Shown here: piece by piece, positions 25,761 to 38,895 of the stretch
How positions within the stretch are numbered: the first letter of the stretch is position 1
Layout of the letters: every line of letters starts with the position of its first letter
NCBI RefSeq assembly: GCF_004010195.1
Contig: NC_057718.1
Location: forward strand, 82,727,122-82,791,121
Direction: 5' to 3'
From: Chiloscyllium plagiosum
Taxonomy: Eukaryota
Length of the DNA stretch: 64,000 bases
Notes under the pieces: model-generated
The model's input: only the letters and a program-made list of their open reading frames with translations
Told to the model about the DNA's origin: nothing
The model's database searches: none
Translations under genes and position numbers: made by a program

Positions 25761-26194
25761 ACTGTGCTGGGACCCCCAGAGTGAAGGCTATCCCTTTAGA
25801 TTTGATTGAGGCCTGCTGGCAACAATTTTCCTTCCATTGTGTTTGAGCTAAATAGCAAGGCTGAGAGTGTAAAGCATCAAAGACAAGGCAAGGGAATGCA
25901 AGGTAGGGAAACTGTGAGCAACCAGGTAGGCTCAGAGTGAGCAAGGGCTATGCCAGAGAGTAAAGAGCTGGGAAATACAGCCTGGTCCGGCTCATGAGAT
26001 GTGTGTCTGCCCCTGAGCACACAGTGCCCTTGCTGCAACTTTACAATGATAGATGGCAGTGCAGCTGAGATGTAGCATCGAAGTGTAGATGATCCTGTAA
26101 GTGGAGATGCGTCAAGAATATTCTTAGAGTTTGTCACATGTCAGACATCCATGTCTGTGGATATGACTTATCTGTGATGGGTGTGCACTGACCA

Positions 26195-27208
26195 TACCCT
26201 GACCACAATACTATACAAACATGTCATGGCAACCACTGCAAGACATGTCAGAGTGCTGGCATGTCTCCTACCATTACACGTGGGGACACCACCCACCACG
26301 TACGCAGCAGGTACTGATGTGACTCAGCCAACATTGTCTATCTCATACGCTGCAGGCAAGGATGCCCCGAGGGCATGGTACATTGGCGAGACCAAGCAGA
26401 CGCTATGACAACAGATGAATGGACACCGCACAACAATCACCAGATGGGGTGTTCCCTCCCAATCGGTGAGCTCTTCAGCGGTCAGGGACAATTGGCCTCA
26501 GACATTCGAGTGACCATCCTCCAAGGCGGACTTCGGGATACGCAACAACGCAGAGTGTCCAAGCAGAGGCTGATAGCAAAGTTTGGTACCCTTGGGGATG
26601 GCCTCAAACAGGGACCTTGGGTTCATGTCATACTGCAGATGACCCAACTACACCATACACTCTCACACACAAGCACATATATACACCCCTTCTTACATTC
26701 TCACACACTCATGCAGACCTTCTCTCATGCACACGCTCTCTCTCATACACACACACATGCACCCCCTGACATTCACACACACACACACACCCTCTCACAG
26801 GCTTATACTCCACCACACTCACACACACACTTTACCAAGCATGCACACATACACACACTCTAATGTTCACACACTCACACGCACACACTCACTCTCTCTC
26901 TTTCATGCACGCACACACGGACATAAGTCTATGGGGTGAATTTGAATTTGCAAATTATATTTGCAGATACATTCTATTTTGCTCAAAAACAACGCACAAT
27001 CTGCAGGGAGTCAATGTAGGCAGTCAATCCATGTAATATTTTAATAAATTCCTACTTTGGAAATAGAACCAGTCTGAGTTCTATCGGGACAAGATTGGGA
27101 CACAGACAGACTCTAACCTCACACCTTTAATGTCTGAGCTGAACTGTCACCTTTTTTTAAAAAACATTAAGTTATTTCAAGAAGGTGACTTAGAAGAAGT
27201 TCTGGGTT
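26195..27208 (+). mobile_element. Penelope (family B) GIY-YIG region and CA-rich 3' UTR, left part
   Basis: CHGNHCKTC...CDSANIVYLIRCRQGCP/AWYIGETKQTL...LIAKFGT. Confidence 0.9.
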
Positions 27209-29728
27209 TTGAATAATAGGGTAGTTATGGTAGGGGATTTTAACTTTCCAAACATCGACTTGGACTGCCATAATGTTAAAGGTTTAGATGGAGAGGAATT
27301 TCTTAAGTACGTACAAGACAATTTTCTGATTCAGTATGTGGATGTACCAACTAGAGAAGGTGCAAAACTTGACCTACTCTTGGGAAATAAGGCAGGGCAG
27401 GTGACTGAGGTGTCAGTGGGGGACCCATCATTAGTGGCTACCCCTTCAGCTGCAGAGACACCACCCTCCAGAAAAACTCCCTGAATTTCCACTCTCACCA
27501 CCTCTTTAAGACACTATGTAAAATCCATCTCTCAGTCTACGTTAAGCCATCTCTCCTAAAGCCTCAATGTGTGGCTCAGTGTCAAATTTGATGTGATGGA
27601 ATACATTTTAAAGTGTTTGGGAACTTTTACCTTATTAAAGGCTTTAGTTAAATACAGGTTGTTAGCGTTACATCAGGTATTCATTATAATCATAAAATAA
27701 TAATCATTTTCTCCCCAGGCACAAGGCACATGATGTACAAGGGAACATTGAAAAAATGCTCAGACAAAGGACGGGAATGTTTGGAGTTAAACATTATAGA
27801 TCGAGTGAATCCTTCGAAGAGTATAAAGGAAGTAGGAGTATACTTAAGTGGGAAATCAGGAGGGCAAAACGGGGACATGAGACAGCTTTGGCAAATAGAA
27901 TTAAGGATAATCCAAAGGGTTTTACAAATATATTAAGGACAAAAGGGTAACTAGGGCCCCTCAAAGATCAGCAATGTGGCCTTTGTGTGGAGCCACAGAA
28001 AATGGGGGAGATACTAAATGAATATTTTGCATCAGTATTTACTGTGGAAAAGGATATGGAAGATATAGACTGTAGGGAAATAGATGGTGACATCTTGCAA
28101 AATGTCCAGATTACAGAGGAGGAAGTGCTGGATGTCTTGAAACAGTTAAAGGCGGATAATTCCCCAGGACCTGATCAGGTGTACCTTAAAACTCTGTGGG
28201 AGGCTAGAGAAGTGATTGCTGGGCCTCTTGCTGACATATTTGTATCATCAATAGTCACAGGTGAGGTGCCAGAAGACTGGAGGTTGGCAAACATGGTGCC
28301 ACTGTTTAAGAAGGGTGGTAAAGACAAGCCAGGGAACTATAGACAAGTGAGCCTGAACTCAGTGGTGGGCAAGTTGTTGGAGGGAATCCTGAGAGACAGA
28401 ACGTACATGTATTTGGAAAGGCAAGGACTGATTAGGGATAGTCAACATGGCTTTGTGTGTGGGAAATCATGTCTCACAAACTTGATTGAGTTTTTTGAAG
28501 GAATATCAAAGAAGATTGATGAGGGCAGAGCAGTAGATGTGATCTATATGGACTTCAGTAAGGCGTTCGACAAGGTTCCTCATGGGAGACTGAGTAGCAA
28601 GGTTAGATCTCATGGAATACAGGGAGAACTAGCCATTTGGATACAGAACTGGCTCAAAGTAGAAGAAAGAGGGTGGTGGTGGAGGGTTGTTTTTCAGACT
28701 GGAGACCTGTGACCAGTGGAGTGCCACAAGGATCAGTGCTGGGTCCTCTACTTTTTGTCATTTACACAAATGATTTGGGTGCGAGCATAAGAGGTACAGT
28801 TAGTAAATTTGCAGATGACACCAAAATTGGAGGTGTAGTGAAGAGGGTTACCTCAGATTACAACAGGATCTGGACCAGGTGGGCCAATGGGCTGAGAAGT
28901 GGCAGAGGGAGTTTAATTCAGATAAATGCGAGGTGCTGCATTTTGGGAGAGCAAATCTTAGCAGGACTTATACACTTAATGGTAAGGTCCGAGGGAGTGT
29001 TGCTGAACAAAGAGACCTTGGAGTGCAGGTTCATAGCTCCTTGAAAGTGGAGTCGCAGGTAGATAGGATAGTGAAGAAGGCGTTTAGTATGCTTTCCTTT
29101 ACTGGTCAGAGTATTGAGTACAGGAGTTGGAAGGTCATGTTGTGGCTGTCCAGGACATTGGTTAGGCCACTGTTGGAATATTGTGTGCAGTTCTGGTCTC
29201 CTTCCTATTGGAAAGGTGTTGTGAAACTTGAGAGGGTTCAGAAATGATTTACAAAGATGCTGCCAGGGTTGGAGGATTTGAGCTATAGGGAGAGGCTGCA
29301 CAGGCTGGGGCTGTTTTCCCTGGAGCATCGGAGGTTGAGGGGTGACCTTATATAGGTTTACAAAATTATGAGGGGCATGGATAGGGTAAATAGACAAAGT
29401 CTTTTCCCTGGGGTCGGGGAATCCAGAACTAGAGGGCATAGGTTTAGGGTGAGAGGGGAAAGATATAAAAGAGACCGAAGGGGCAACATTTTCACACAGT
29501 GGGTGGTACGTGTATGGAATGAGCTGCCAGAGGATGTGGTGGAGGCTGGTACAATTGCAGCATTTAAGAGGCATTTGGATGGTTATATGAATCGGAAAGG
29601 TTTGGAGGGATATGGGCCGGGTGCTGGCAGGTGGGACTACATTGGGTTGGGATATCTGGTTGGCGTGGACATGTTGGACTGAAGGGTCTGTTTCCTTGCT
29701 GTACATTTCTATGACTCTATGACTCTAT
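27209..29728 (+). mobile_element. CR1 (HER1-like) LINE: APE remnant, RT and 3' tail, frameshifted, with a foreign segment at about 27423-27710
   Basis: VVMVGDFNFPNID, DFSKAFDKVPH, GVPQGSVLGPLLF, KFADDTK and a (CTATGACT)n tail. Confidence 0.97.
27478..27665 (+). mobile_element. L2-type 3' tail inside the CR1
   Basis: GTGTGGCTCAGTGTCAAATTTG...ATTAAAGGC..AAATACAGGTTGTT, similar to 46780-46882. Confidence 0.55.
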
Positions 29729-29977
29729 GATATATTAATGAACTGAAACTTGCAACCCATTCTAAAAGATGAAAGACTTAACAACAATCTAGGTTTGTTC
29801 GATATATCATTTTAGTTGCATGACATTGTAATCTTTTGCTATAAATTCGGTGTCTTATGATCCTGCTCCACAGCTACCTAATGAAGGAGCAGCGCTCTGA
29901 AAGCTAGTATTTCCAAAGAAACCAGTTGAACTATAACTATAACCTGGTGTTGTGTGATTTTTAACTTTGCACACCCT
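29729..29977 (+). mobile_element. Penelope (family B) 3' end and pLTR, probable continuation of 26195-27208
   Basis: CTAATGA-A-GGAGC AGC GCTCT-GAAA-GC-TA (mutated core) and the family B tail. Confidence 0.8.
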
Positions 29978-30284
29978 GAGACATTGGTGCCTGTGTCCAG
30001 TATGGAAGTTATTTGGACAAGAAGCAAGTTGAATCTTCCAGGTACAGACTCTGATTTCAAAACTGAGCTTTCTCAACATCTAGCTGGTTCGGTGAGATCA
30101 GTAAGACAGGAAGTTAAATATTAATGAGGCAATTCAGGCTGTTAAAAAGGCATTAAAGAAACAATAATCCTCTTTAATTGGCAACTCACCATGGCCTAGC
30201 CAGGAATGCACCATCTCAATGGTCAAAAGCATAAAAGAAAGTAAACTTCTAACTCAGTTTTGCCATGTACCTTACCATAGTCCA

Positions 30285-30650
30285 CGTTACTTTTAAAATG
30301 TCTTTTTTAAATCTTTCTCCTTTCGCCTTGAAAATATGCTCCATTGTCTTGATATCCCCCACCCTAGAGAAAAGGCACCTGCCATTCACCTTACTACAAC
30401 CCTCATGATTATATAAACCTATACAGTGTCACCCTTCCATCTCCTGTGCTCCAGCGATAAAAAGCCCCAGTCTGTCCAGCCTCTCCCTGCAACCCAAATC
30501 TTCCATTCCCAGCAACATCCTTGTAAAGCTCTTCTGAAGCCTCCCCACCTCTACAATATCCTTCCTTCAACAGTGCGACCAAAACTGGACAGAAGATGCC
30601 CCACCAATGTCGTGTACAACCTCAACTTAGCATCCCAACCCCAAACTCAA
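30285..30650 (-). mobile_element. CR1 fragment
   Basis: Similar to 20110-20450. Confidence 0.82.
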
Positions 30651-31310
30651 ACTTCTCCTGTAAGTTTTAAGGTCCTGGGAGAAAGGTACGCATTAGTACT
30701 AGCAAAGTAACCTTAACATCGTGAAGTTGATCATATTTCACTTGCTGTGGAAATCAAATCAACCCTGACTGAATGTCTCATGATGGGTGAATCATTGAGA
30801 TTTAATTGCATCACAAGGTTGTTGGGAGGTTGCCATTTTCTATGCCCAGGGTTGCTGAGGCACCATTGATCACTGACACTTTCTTCCCTACAGTTGTTAG
30901 CCATGTAACCTGTGGAGAATTACCCCCTCCTAACTTACTCGCTCACTCACTCACAGATGAGTGGCAGTGGTGAATGCATGAATAAGGACGTGAGGATGAG
31001 TGTCAAAGGAGGATGCACATGATTGCAAAATAAGAAGGTGTGAGAAATGATGTAAGGGAGCAGGTTTGACAAGGTAGAGGAGGGTGTTATCAATGTCAAA
31101 TTGTTTCAGCCTTCTTCACCCAGATTCAACCACTAAAACGCTTCCTGCACTGCATCCAGGAAGTTGACATAATGTTTTTCTCTAGGTGTTTCTCCCTTGT
31201 GATAACCGTGAGTTTCTTCCTGTGGGAGGATACGACCGTAAGAAATAAGAGGACATGTGGGTGATTCATCCCATCAAGCCTGCCCTGCCATGCTACAAGA
31301 TCATGGCTCC

Positions 31311-31629
31311 AGATTAGATTCCCTACAGTGTGGAAACAGGCCCTTCAGCCCAACAAGTCCACACCAACCCTCTGAAGAGCAACCCACCCAGACCCATTCC
31401 CCTATATTCACCCCTGACTAATGCACCTAACAGTACGGGCAATTTAGCATGGCCAATTCACCTAACCTGCACATCTTTGGACTGTGGGAGGAAACCGGAG
31501 CACCCGGAGTAATCCCAGACACAGGGAGAATGTGCAAACTCCACACAGACAGTTGCCCGAGGCGGGAATTGAACCCGGGTCCCTGGCGCTGTGAGGCAGC
31601 AGTGCTAACCACTGAGCCACCGTGCTGCC
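31311..31629 (-). mobile_element. HE1-type V-SINE
   Basis: Full head, V-domain and tail on the minus strand. Confidence 0.95.
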
Positions 31630-32087
31630 TCACGGTGTCATATTTGAACTCCTCACAGTCCCGACTCTACATCACATTGCTCCCCCAAACCCCTTACTGT
31701 GTCCAGCATGGACTAATACTAGGGCTTTTGGGACCCAGCCCTAAGAGAGAAATGGGTAATAGTTTGAAACTGGTCTGGGTCATACTAAACCACCATTTTT
31801 CAATATATAAGAGGAGTCAGACCAGTACGGCTCATTTGTCAGTTTTCTATCTTTTCCTTCTGAGAATTCATCTGTATCTTCCAAATACACCACATTTAGT
31901 ACAAATCGAGGTAAAAATGATTTAGTTAACTGTCACCGTGTTGATATCCTAGAGACGGATATTGCTAATGATTACTACCCTTGCGGTGCTTATCGAGAAA
32001 GGAATACTCACACCCTGTATAGATAATGGCTTGCAGAGGTTTCTGCTTTGAGGGGAATGATGTCAGTATGCACAGTGCTGCTTGGAG

Positions 32088-32312
32088 TGGCAGCTGGTGG
32101 AACTCAAATTCAGTGAATTAATAAAATCAGGAATCGAAAGCTAAATAAACACCCATCTGTTTCACAAAAGGAATCTGTCACCATTACCTGCTCTGGCCTA
32201 CACAAGAGTCCAGATTCATAGCAATGTACATGCTCTTAACGGCCAGTCACTTCCAGGATTAATAAATACTGGCACTACCAGTGATGCCTACATCCTATGA
32301 AAGAACAATATA
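32088..32312 (+). mobile_element. Deu-domain SINE relic
   Basis: TCTGGCCTACACAAGAGTCCAGATTCATAGCAATGT and CCAGTGATGCCTACATCC match the 8879-9216 element. Confidence 0.65.
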
Positions 32313-33273
32313 ACATTAAAAAAAAGACCACTTGCCAAGGCTGTTCCATTAACCCCTGAGTTTTATCAGTAACCAATTACATATCTATTGTAAAATATTC
32401 TCACTGTTACCTACATTCTTTATATTCGGTGCTAATCTTTGTAGAGCATATGTTTTAATACTGTTGCTGAAATCCACATTTATTGCCTCACCTCTCTCTA
32501 TTTACTGCCTGTCGACAAGAAAACCAGCCAAATAGACTGACAAGATTTCCCCTTTATGAAACAGTATCTTTCACAATTTTATTTCTGGTCAGTGGGTCCA
32601 TGTTCTGATTTTGACCAAAGAGCTCCGCGGCTTTACACACTCATTGGTTTGCACATTCCTGACTTAATTTTGGTATGTTTCTTAACTGTAAGAAAAGGGA
32701 GCAACATCTTGCCTGTTTCCAGTCTCATGGCGCTTCCTGGGTAGACAGGGATCTCTGGGAGATTTGTGCCAGACCTCTTGTAATTTCCTTCAGTATTCTC
32801 AGATATATTGTAACCAGAACCTGAGATATTTTCATCTTAAGTTTACACAGCTGTTTGGCATCCTTGCTGTTAAGAATGCGAATAATGTCACAACTTAGCT
32901 CTGCAGTGCCCTCTAGTATCCTCTTCATATCATGTTACCTATGGTTTTAAAAGACAATTGAATCAAGGAAGCTTACTTTAATAATTTTGTATTGATTATC
33001 ATGGCTTCTACCTGAGTCAAAAACCCCCTTAATGTGGGTGTACTTACTTCCTGAAGACTGCATCAGCTCACCACCATTTCCTCATGAGCAATTAGGGATG
33101 GACAGTATGTGTGTGCTCAAGTCAGTGATGCCTATGTCATGGGAATGAGGTTAAAAAAAACACAACCCTGCTTTCAATGGCCACCAACATCACTTAGTTT
33201 TTGTTTCTTTCTGAATATAGCTGAAAAAAATCATATTTGATGTTAAAAATCACAAAACACCAGGTTATAAAAT

Positions 33274-34500
33274 AGGAGAAAGTGAGGACTGGAGATGCTG
33301 GAGATCAGAGCTGAAAACTGTGTTGCTGGAAAAGCACAGCAGGTCAGGCAGCATCCAAGGAGCAGGAGAATCGACGTTTCGGGCATAAGCCCTTCTTCAG
33401 GAATGAGGAGGATGTGCCAAGCAGGCTAAGATAAAAGGTAGGGAGGAGGGACTTGGGGGAGGGGTGTTGGGAATGCGATAGGTGGAAGGAGGTTAAGGTG
33501 AGGNNNNNNNNNNNNNNNNNNNNNNNNNNNNNNNNNNNNNNNNNNNNNNNNNNNNNNNNNNNNNNNNNNNNNNNNNNNNNNNNNNNNNNNNNNNNNNNNN
33601 NNNNNNNNNNNNNNNNNNNNNNNNNNNNNNNNNNNNNNNNNNNNNNNNNNNNNNNNNNNNNNNNNNNNNNNNNNNNNNNNNNNNNNNNNNNNNNNNNNNN
33701 NNNNNNNNNNNNNNNNNNNNNNNNNNNNNNNNNNNNNNNNNNNNNNNNNNNNNNNNNNNNNNNNNNNNNNNNNNNNNNNNNNNNNNNNNNNNNNNNNNNN
33801 NNNNNNNNNNNNNNNNNNNNNNNNNNNNNNNNNNNNNNNNNNNNNNNNNNNNNNNNNNNNNNNNNNNNNNNNNNNNNNNNNNNNNNNNNNNTCGTGCAGT
33901 TGCCGGGAGTGTAGGTTGGGTTGGTGGGGGGTGTGGACCTGACAAGGGAGTCGCGGAGGGTGGTCTCTCCCAAACGCTGATAGCAGTGGGGAAGGAAATA
34001 TATCCCTGGTGGTGGGGTCTGGGCGGAGGTGGCAGAAATGACGGAGGATGATACAATGTATCCGGTGGTTGGTGGGGTGGTAGGTGAGGACCAGTGGGGT
34101 TCTGTCCTGGTGGCGATTGGAGGGGGCGGGGTTTAAGGGCGGAGGTGGCGGAAATGACGGAGGATGATACAATGTATCTGGTGGTTGGTGGGGTGGTAGG
34201 TGAGGACCAGTGGGGTTCTGTCCTGGTGGCGATTGGAGGGGCGGGGTTCAAGGGCAGAGGTGTGGAAGTGGAGGAGATGCGGTGGAGAGCATCGTCAACC
34301 ACGTCGGAGGGGAAATTGCGGTCTTGGAAGAAGGAGGCCATCTGGGTTGTTTGGTATTGGAATTGGTCTTCCTGGGAGCAGATGCGGCGGAGGCGAAGGA
34401 ATTGGGAATATGGGATGGCATTTTTACAGGGGGAAGAGTGAGAGGAGGTGTAATCTAGGTAGCTGTGGGAGTCGATCGGTTTATAGTGAATGTCGGTTAG
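33274..34500 (-). mobile_element. Penelope-like element (RT thumb to 3' pLTR) with an internal ~117-bp tandem duplication and a gap at 33504-33891
   Basis: LTDIHYKPIDSHSYLDYTSSH...AIPYSQFLRLRRICS and a family A pLTR. Confidence 0.93.
33365..33405 (-). ncRNA. Minimal type I hammerhead ribozyme motif (intact core)
   Basis: CUGAAGA-A-GGGC UUAU GCCC-GAAA-CG-UC, with predicted cleavage after C at 33373 and a palindromic ACGU stem III. Confidence 0.75.
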
Positions 34501-34979
34501 ATTTAATTCCCCCCCACCATTCTCTCTATCCTGCACGTAAACATCTCTATCCCACATTTGTTTCAGAAGTTGAGAAAATCCAGCTTTTGGAACCCTTCCA
34601 CCTCTTTCTTCCCTGATGATCAGCCTTTCGACAGCTTTATAGTTAATTAATCCTCCTCAACAAAGCCATGACCTTTAAATAATTAATGTCCCGGAGTGGT
34701 GACTCAAAAATCTTTATTTAACTAATTATCTCCAGAGAAGCCTTGGGCATTATTTGATTAATTTCCCTAAAGAAGCCACAAGCTTTAACCTAATAATTCC
34801 CAGGAGATATTAAAATCATTGAATAATAGGGCACAGAACGGTGGGCACTTGACATATCACGTCTTTGCAGGCTCTTTTGTAGGGTGTTCCAATTAATCAC
34901 TATCTTCTGCTTCTCCCTTATAACCTTCTATTTCTGTTTCCTTTCAGTCCTTCGCCAATTCTCTTCTGAACATTCCCAT

Positions 34980-35146
34980 TAGAAACATAGAATCCCTATG
35001 GTAAGGAAGCAGGCCATTCAACCCATCGAATGCATATGCCCCTCTGAAGAGCATCTCACCCAGACTTGTCACTCTAACCTGTCTCTGTAACCCTGCGTAT
35101 CCCATGCCGAATCCACCTAACCTGCACATCTTTGTGACTGTGGGAA
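34980..35146 (-). mobile_element. HE1 SINE, 3' part (split by the Gypsy insertion)
   Basis: Ends at CACATCTTTGTGACTGTGGGAA and resumes at 44388 with GGGCGGAAACCAGAGCACC. Confidence 0.85.
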
Positions 35147-35154
35147 TGTAGTGA

Positions 35155-35253
35155 TTGGAACCAGCTGGATCTTGTTGACTACAAGATCCTTGATTGGGGT
35201 TGTTAACTTGTGCCATTCAGGAAAGCCCTGGCTGACAATATAGCCAGGAGATT
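35155..35253 (+). promoter_or_regulatory. LTR U3 promoter-like region (CCAAT boxes and TATA-like motif)
   Basis: GATTGG twice, GCCAATCAG in the 3' LTR copy, and TATATAA directly before CCAGGAGATT in several copies. Confidence 0.5.
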
Positions 35254-35274
35254 GCCCCTCTTCCGCGGTTACGA

Positions 35275-35306
<32 letters not shown>

Positions 35307-35332
35307 AAAAAAGAAAAAAAAAGAAAAAAAAA
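35254..35332 (+). mobile_element. Micro-retroinsertion: 20 nt of Tx1-like ORF2 plus an A-rich tail, 14-bp TSD
   Basis: GCCCCTCTTCCGCGGTTACG is 19/20 identical to the reverse complement of 61078-61097. ATAGCCAGGAGATT occurs at 35240-35253 and 35333-35346. Confidence 0.85.
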
Positions 35333-35336
35333 ATAG

Positions 35337-38300
35337 CCAGGAGATTAGAATCTCCTCATTTGAGGACTGACTGAACAAATATATAAACCAGGAGATTAGA
35401 ATATCCTCAGTTTAGGGACTGAATCTCAACCAGCTGGCTAATAAAAGACAAAAACAATAACCAGGCAAGAAAAAAAATTACCAGGAGATTTAGAATCTCC
35501 TCAGTTCAGATGACTGACTCCAAGCATGCTGGCCTCAGTCTGTGTGTACTAATGTTGTTGGTTTCTGTTGTTTTTTTGGGGGTGAAGCCTCATTCCTAAA
35601 CTGGCTGATCTACTTGGCCAATTTGTTAATTGGTATTCCTTTTTTTTAATTATTGAGGACTGATTTCTAAACTGCCTGATCCACACAGTCAATGTGTTTC
35701 AGATGTATTTCAGTTTTCATTAGGGGACTGTTGTTTCACATGCTGGTTATAACCTGTGTGTTACTCCTTTTCTTTTGAATTTGAGAAAAGGGCTATGCTG
35801 ATTTTATGGTAGGGCTTAGACCTTGCATTCTGGCTTTCTTTCTTTTTTGTATATGTCTTCACTGTTTTTTGGTGTTTGGACTGAGCCCTTGTGAGAAAAT
35901 ACATCTTGCCAGATGAGCTGTTCCTGGAGGTAGGCCAGGCTGTTGGGCTAGGCATCTGTAAAGACTGAACACCTGTGTGTGCGCGCGCTGAGAGGTGAGC
36001 ACTTGCTGCATCCTGGAGTTTGGGAGTAGACCCTGTCTTCAGGAGAGGACCAAACCCCTGTGAGTTAACTGCACCATTACAATTGTGCTGTGTTCCTGTG
36101 AGTGGGCCTGGTTCTCTATGGATGGGCCAGGGCTCTATGGAGACTGAACATCTGTGGGGTGTGCATTTACTGCCTTCAGGAGTGGACTCTGCCCTTGATT
36201 GTGCACTCTGTTTTAAGCAATGGACTCTGCAGTTTGGATGGACTCCATTTCTGACAATGCACTTTGTTTACTGGAGTGGACTCTGTTCCTGGGAATGGAC
36301 TCTATATTTTGAAGAGAACTGTTTATGGTAATGGACTCTGTGTACCGGAAAGGACTCTTTTTGGTAATTGACTCTGTCTTGCTTGTTGGGGTTATCAACT
36401 GCACTGTTGTGTCCCTGGATCTAGCAGGCTTCTCTGTGAGCTGGGAGGTTCATGGGTTGTCCTGAAAGCTGTCAATCTGAGAGCCAAAGAGTGGGTAGGC
36501 TGCCCTTTGAGGGCATGCTTGGTGCTGTCATCCTGGGCAGGTACTGGGGCGGGCTGGCCTCGAGCTGGCCAGAAGTTGTGAAGGGCAGGTAGGGAAGCCA
36601 GAAGATGGGTAGGCTGTCCTGACCGCTGTCATCCTGCGGGGAGGGGGGGGGGATGTTGAGGAAGCAGGACAGGCTGTACAAGAGGTGGCTGGAAGGTGTG
36701 TCAGGGTCGACCGAGAGCCGGAAGGGTCATGGGGTGGACCGAGAGCTGGAAGGGGCATAGGGGCAGGCTGCCTAAGAGTGGCTGGAAGGTAGGAGGGATG
36801 GGTGGCTTGCTGGGGGCTCTGTATTTGATGCATTTTTTTAATGTAATTGGACTGTTCTATATGTATTTGTTACTGTTTTGTGGTGAGTGAAAGTGGGATT
36901 TAAGTTTTGTCCTCATTTCCTGAAAATTGTTTGAACGGTGGGGTTTGGGGCTTGGCTTTGCTGCTCCTCTCCCTTGTAAAATTGCTGTTTCTCTGTATAC
37001 AGCTGTTAATGTTAACTGTTTTGTAAACTGTATTTTTTAAAATTTAAAAAAACAGGGATTAGAATCTCCTCAGTTGAGGACAGACTGAGAAAAAATATAT
37101 ATAAATCAGGAGATTAGAATCTCCTCCGTTCAGGGGACTGACTCTCAACTAGCTGGCTAATAAAAGAAAAGACAAAGAACAATGAGGGAAGAAAAAATTA
37201 CCAGGAGATTTAGAATCTCCTCTGTTCAGGCAACTGACTCCAAGCTTGCTGGCCACAGTCAGTGTACTACTGCTGTTGGATTCTGTTATTTTGGGGGGGG
37301 GAAACCTCATTCCTGAACTGGCTGATCTACATAGCCAATTTGTTAATTGGTATTCCATTTTTATTGAGGACTGATTTCTAATCTGCCTATCAACACAGTC
37401 AATGTGTTTGAGGTATATTTCAGTTCTCATTAGGGAACTGTTGTTTCACATGCTGGTTATAGCTTGTGTTACTCATTTTCTTTGGCTTTGAGAAAAGGGC
37501 TATGCTGATTTTTGTGGCAGGGCTTAGCCCTTGCACTCTGGTTTTATTTCTTTTTTTTTGAATGTGTTTTCACTGTTTGGACTAGGCCCCTGTGAGATAA
37601 TGCATCTTTCCAGATGAACTGTTCCTGTGGATAGGCCTGGCCCTCTGAGTAGACTAGGCCTCAGTAAAGACTGAACAGGTGTGCGTATGCGCATGCATGC
37701 TAGGAGGTGAGCATTTGCTGCCTGTTGGAGTGGACTCTGCCCTGTCAGTTGACTACACCTTTTATAATGAACTGTATTTGTGTGAGTGAGCCTGGTTCTC
37801 TGGATGGACCAGGCCTCTATGGAGACTGAATGTGTGTGTGTGTGGGGTGTGCATTTGCTGCCTTCAGGAGTCGACTCTACACACTGGATTGGATGTTGCC
37901 TTTGGCTGTGGACTCTGTTTCTGACAATGGACTCTGCATGCTGGAGTGGGCTCTGTTCCTAGGAGTGGACTCTGAAGAGAACTGTTTACAGTAATAGTCT
38001 GTATACCAGAAGGGACTCTGGTTGTTGGTAATGGATTTTGTCTGTCTTGTGTCCCTGGGTCTGGCAGGCCTCACTGTAAGCTGGGATGCTCATGGGTCAT
38101 CCTGAAAGCTGTCACCCTGAGAGCCAGAGGGTGGTTAGGCTGTCCTAAGAACCAGAAGGTAGGTAGGCCACCCTGATGCCAGATGCCCCGAGAGCCTGAA
38201 GCCTGAGCACTATCATCCTGACAAGGGGTAATCGGGACGGGCTGTCCTCGAGGTGCTGGAAGCTGTATCAGGGCAGTCGATAGGCCAGATGGCGTGTCGA

Positions 38301-38661
38301 CTTAGACAAGAACCAAATGGTACATAGAGGCAGATCGAGAGCCAGAACGCGAGTAATCCACCCTCAGCGCTGCCACTCCTGGCAGGTACCAGGGTGGGCT
38401 AGCCTAGAGATGGCCGGAAGGTGTGTCAGGGCCACATGGGGCATAGGAGCAGGCTTTCTTTGAGTGGCTGGAAGCTCTGTACAAGCTAAACGCTGCGTGC
38501 AGCCCAGGAGCTCCGTGTGCAGGCCCCTGCTGATGTTTCTATGTGGGAAATGCAAGCAAGCTTCATTAAACTAGTGATGCAATTGTCAATAATGTTGTTG
38601 TTCCATGTATTTTGTGAAAGCAGTTGTGATTTTGCAAGAGGAAGAAAAGAAATGCATATGA
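35337..38661 (+). repeat. Two diverged tandem ~1.6-1.7 kb non-coding units inside the 5' LTR (35337-37052 and 37053-38661)
   Basis: Colinear similarity, e.g. GAGAAAAGGGCTATGCTGATTTT at ~35783 and ~37489. Each unit starts with three partial LTR copies and ends A-rich. Confidence 0.85.
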
Positions 38662-38895
38662 CCAGGAGAGTGGAATCTCCTCTGTTTGAAGGATGGACTC
38701 CACGTTGGCTGGGCAGAGCCAGTGTACTGTGCACTGGTATAATAAAGGGTGATTTGGTGATGAGGAAAAAATATATAACCAGAAGATTAGAATCGCCTCC
38801 GTTTGGGCAACTGACTCCAAGCTGGCTGGCTACTGCCTGTGTACTGTGCACAAGTAACAGGTGATGGGATACCAGCCTCTGTAGCTATTTCAGTG

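Noticed and set aside
26655..26920. His/Thr-rich ORFs
   Set aside because: Translation of a degenerate (CA)n tract in the Penelope 3' region.
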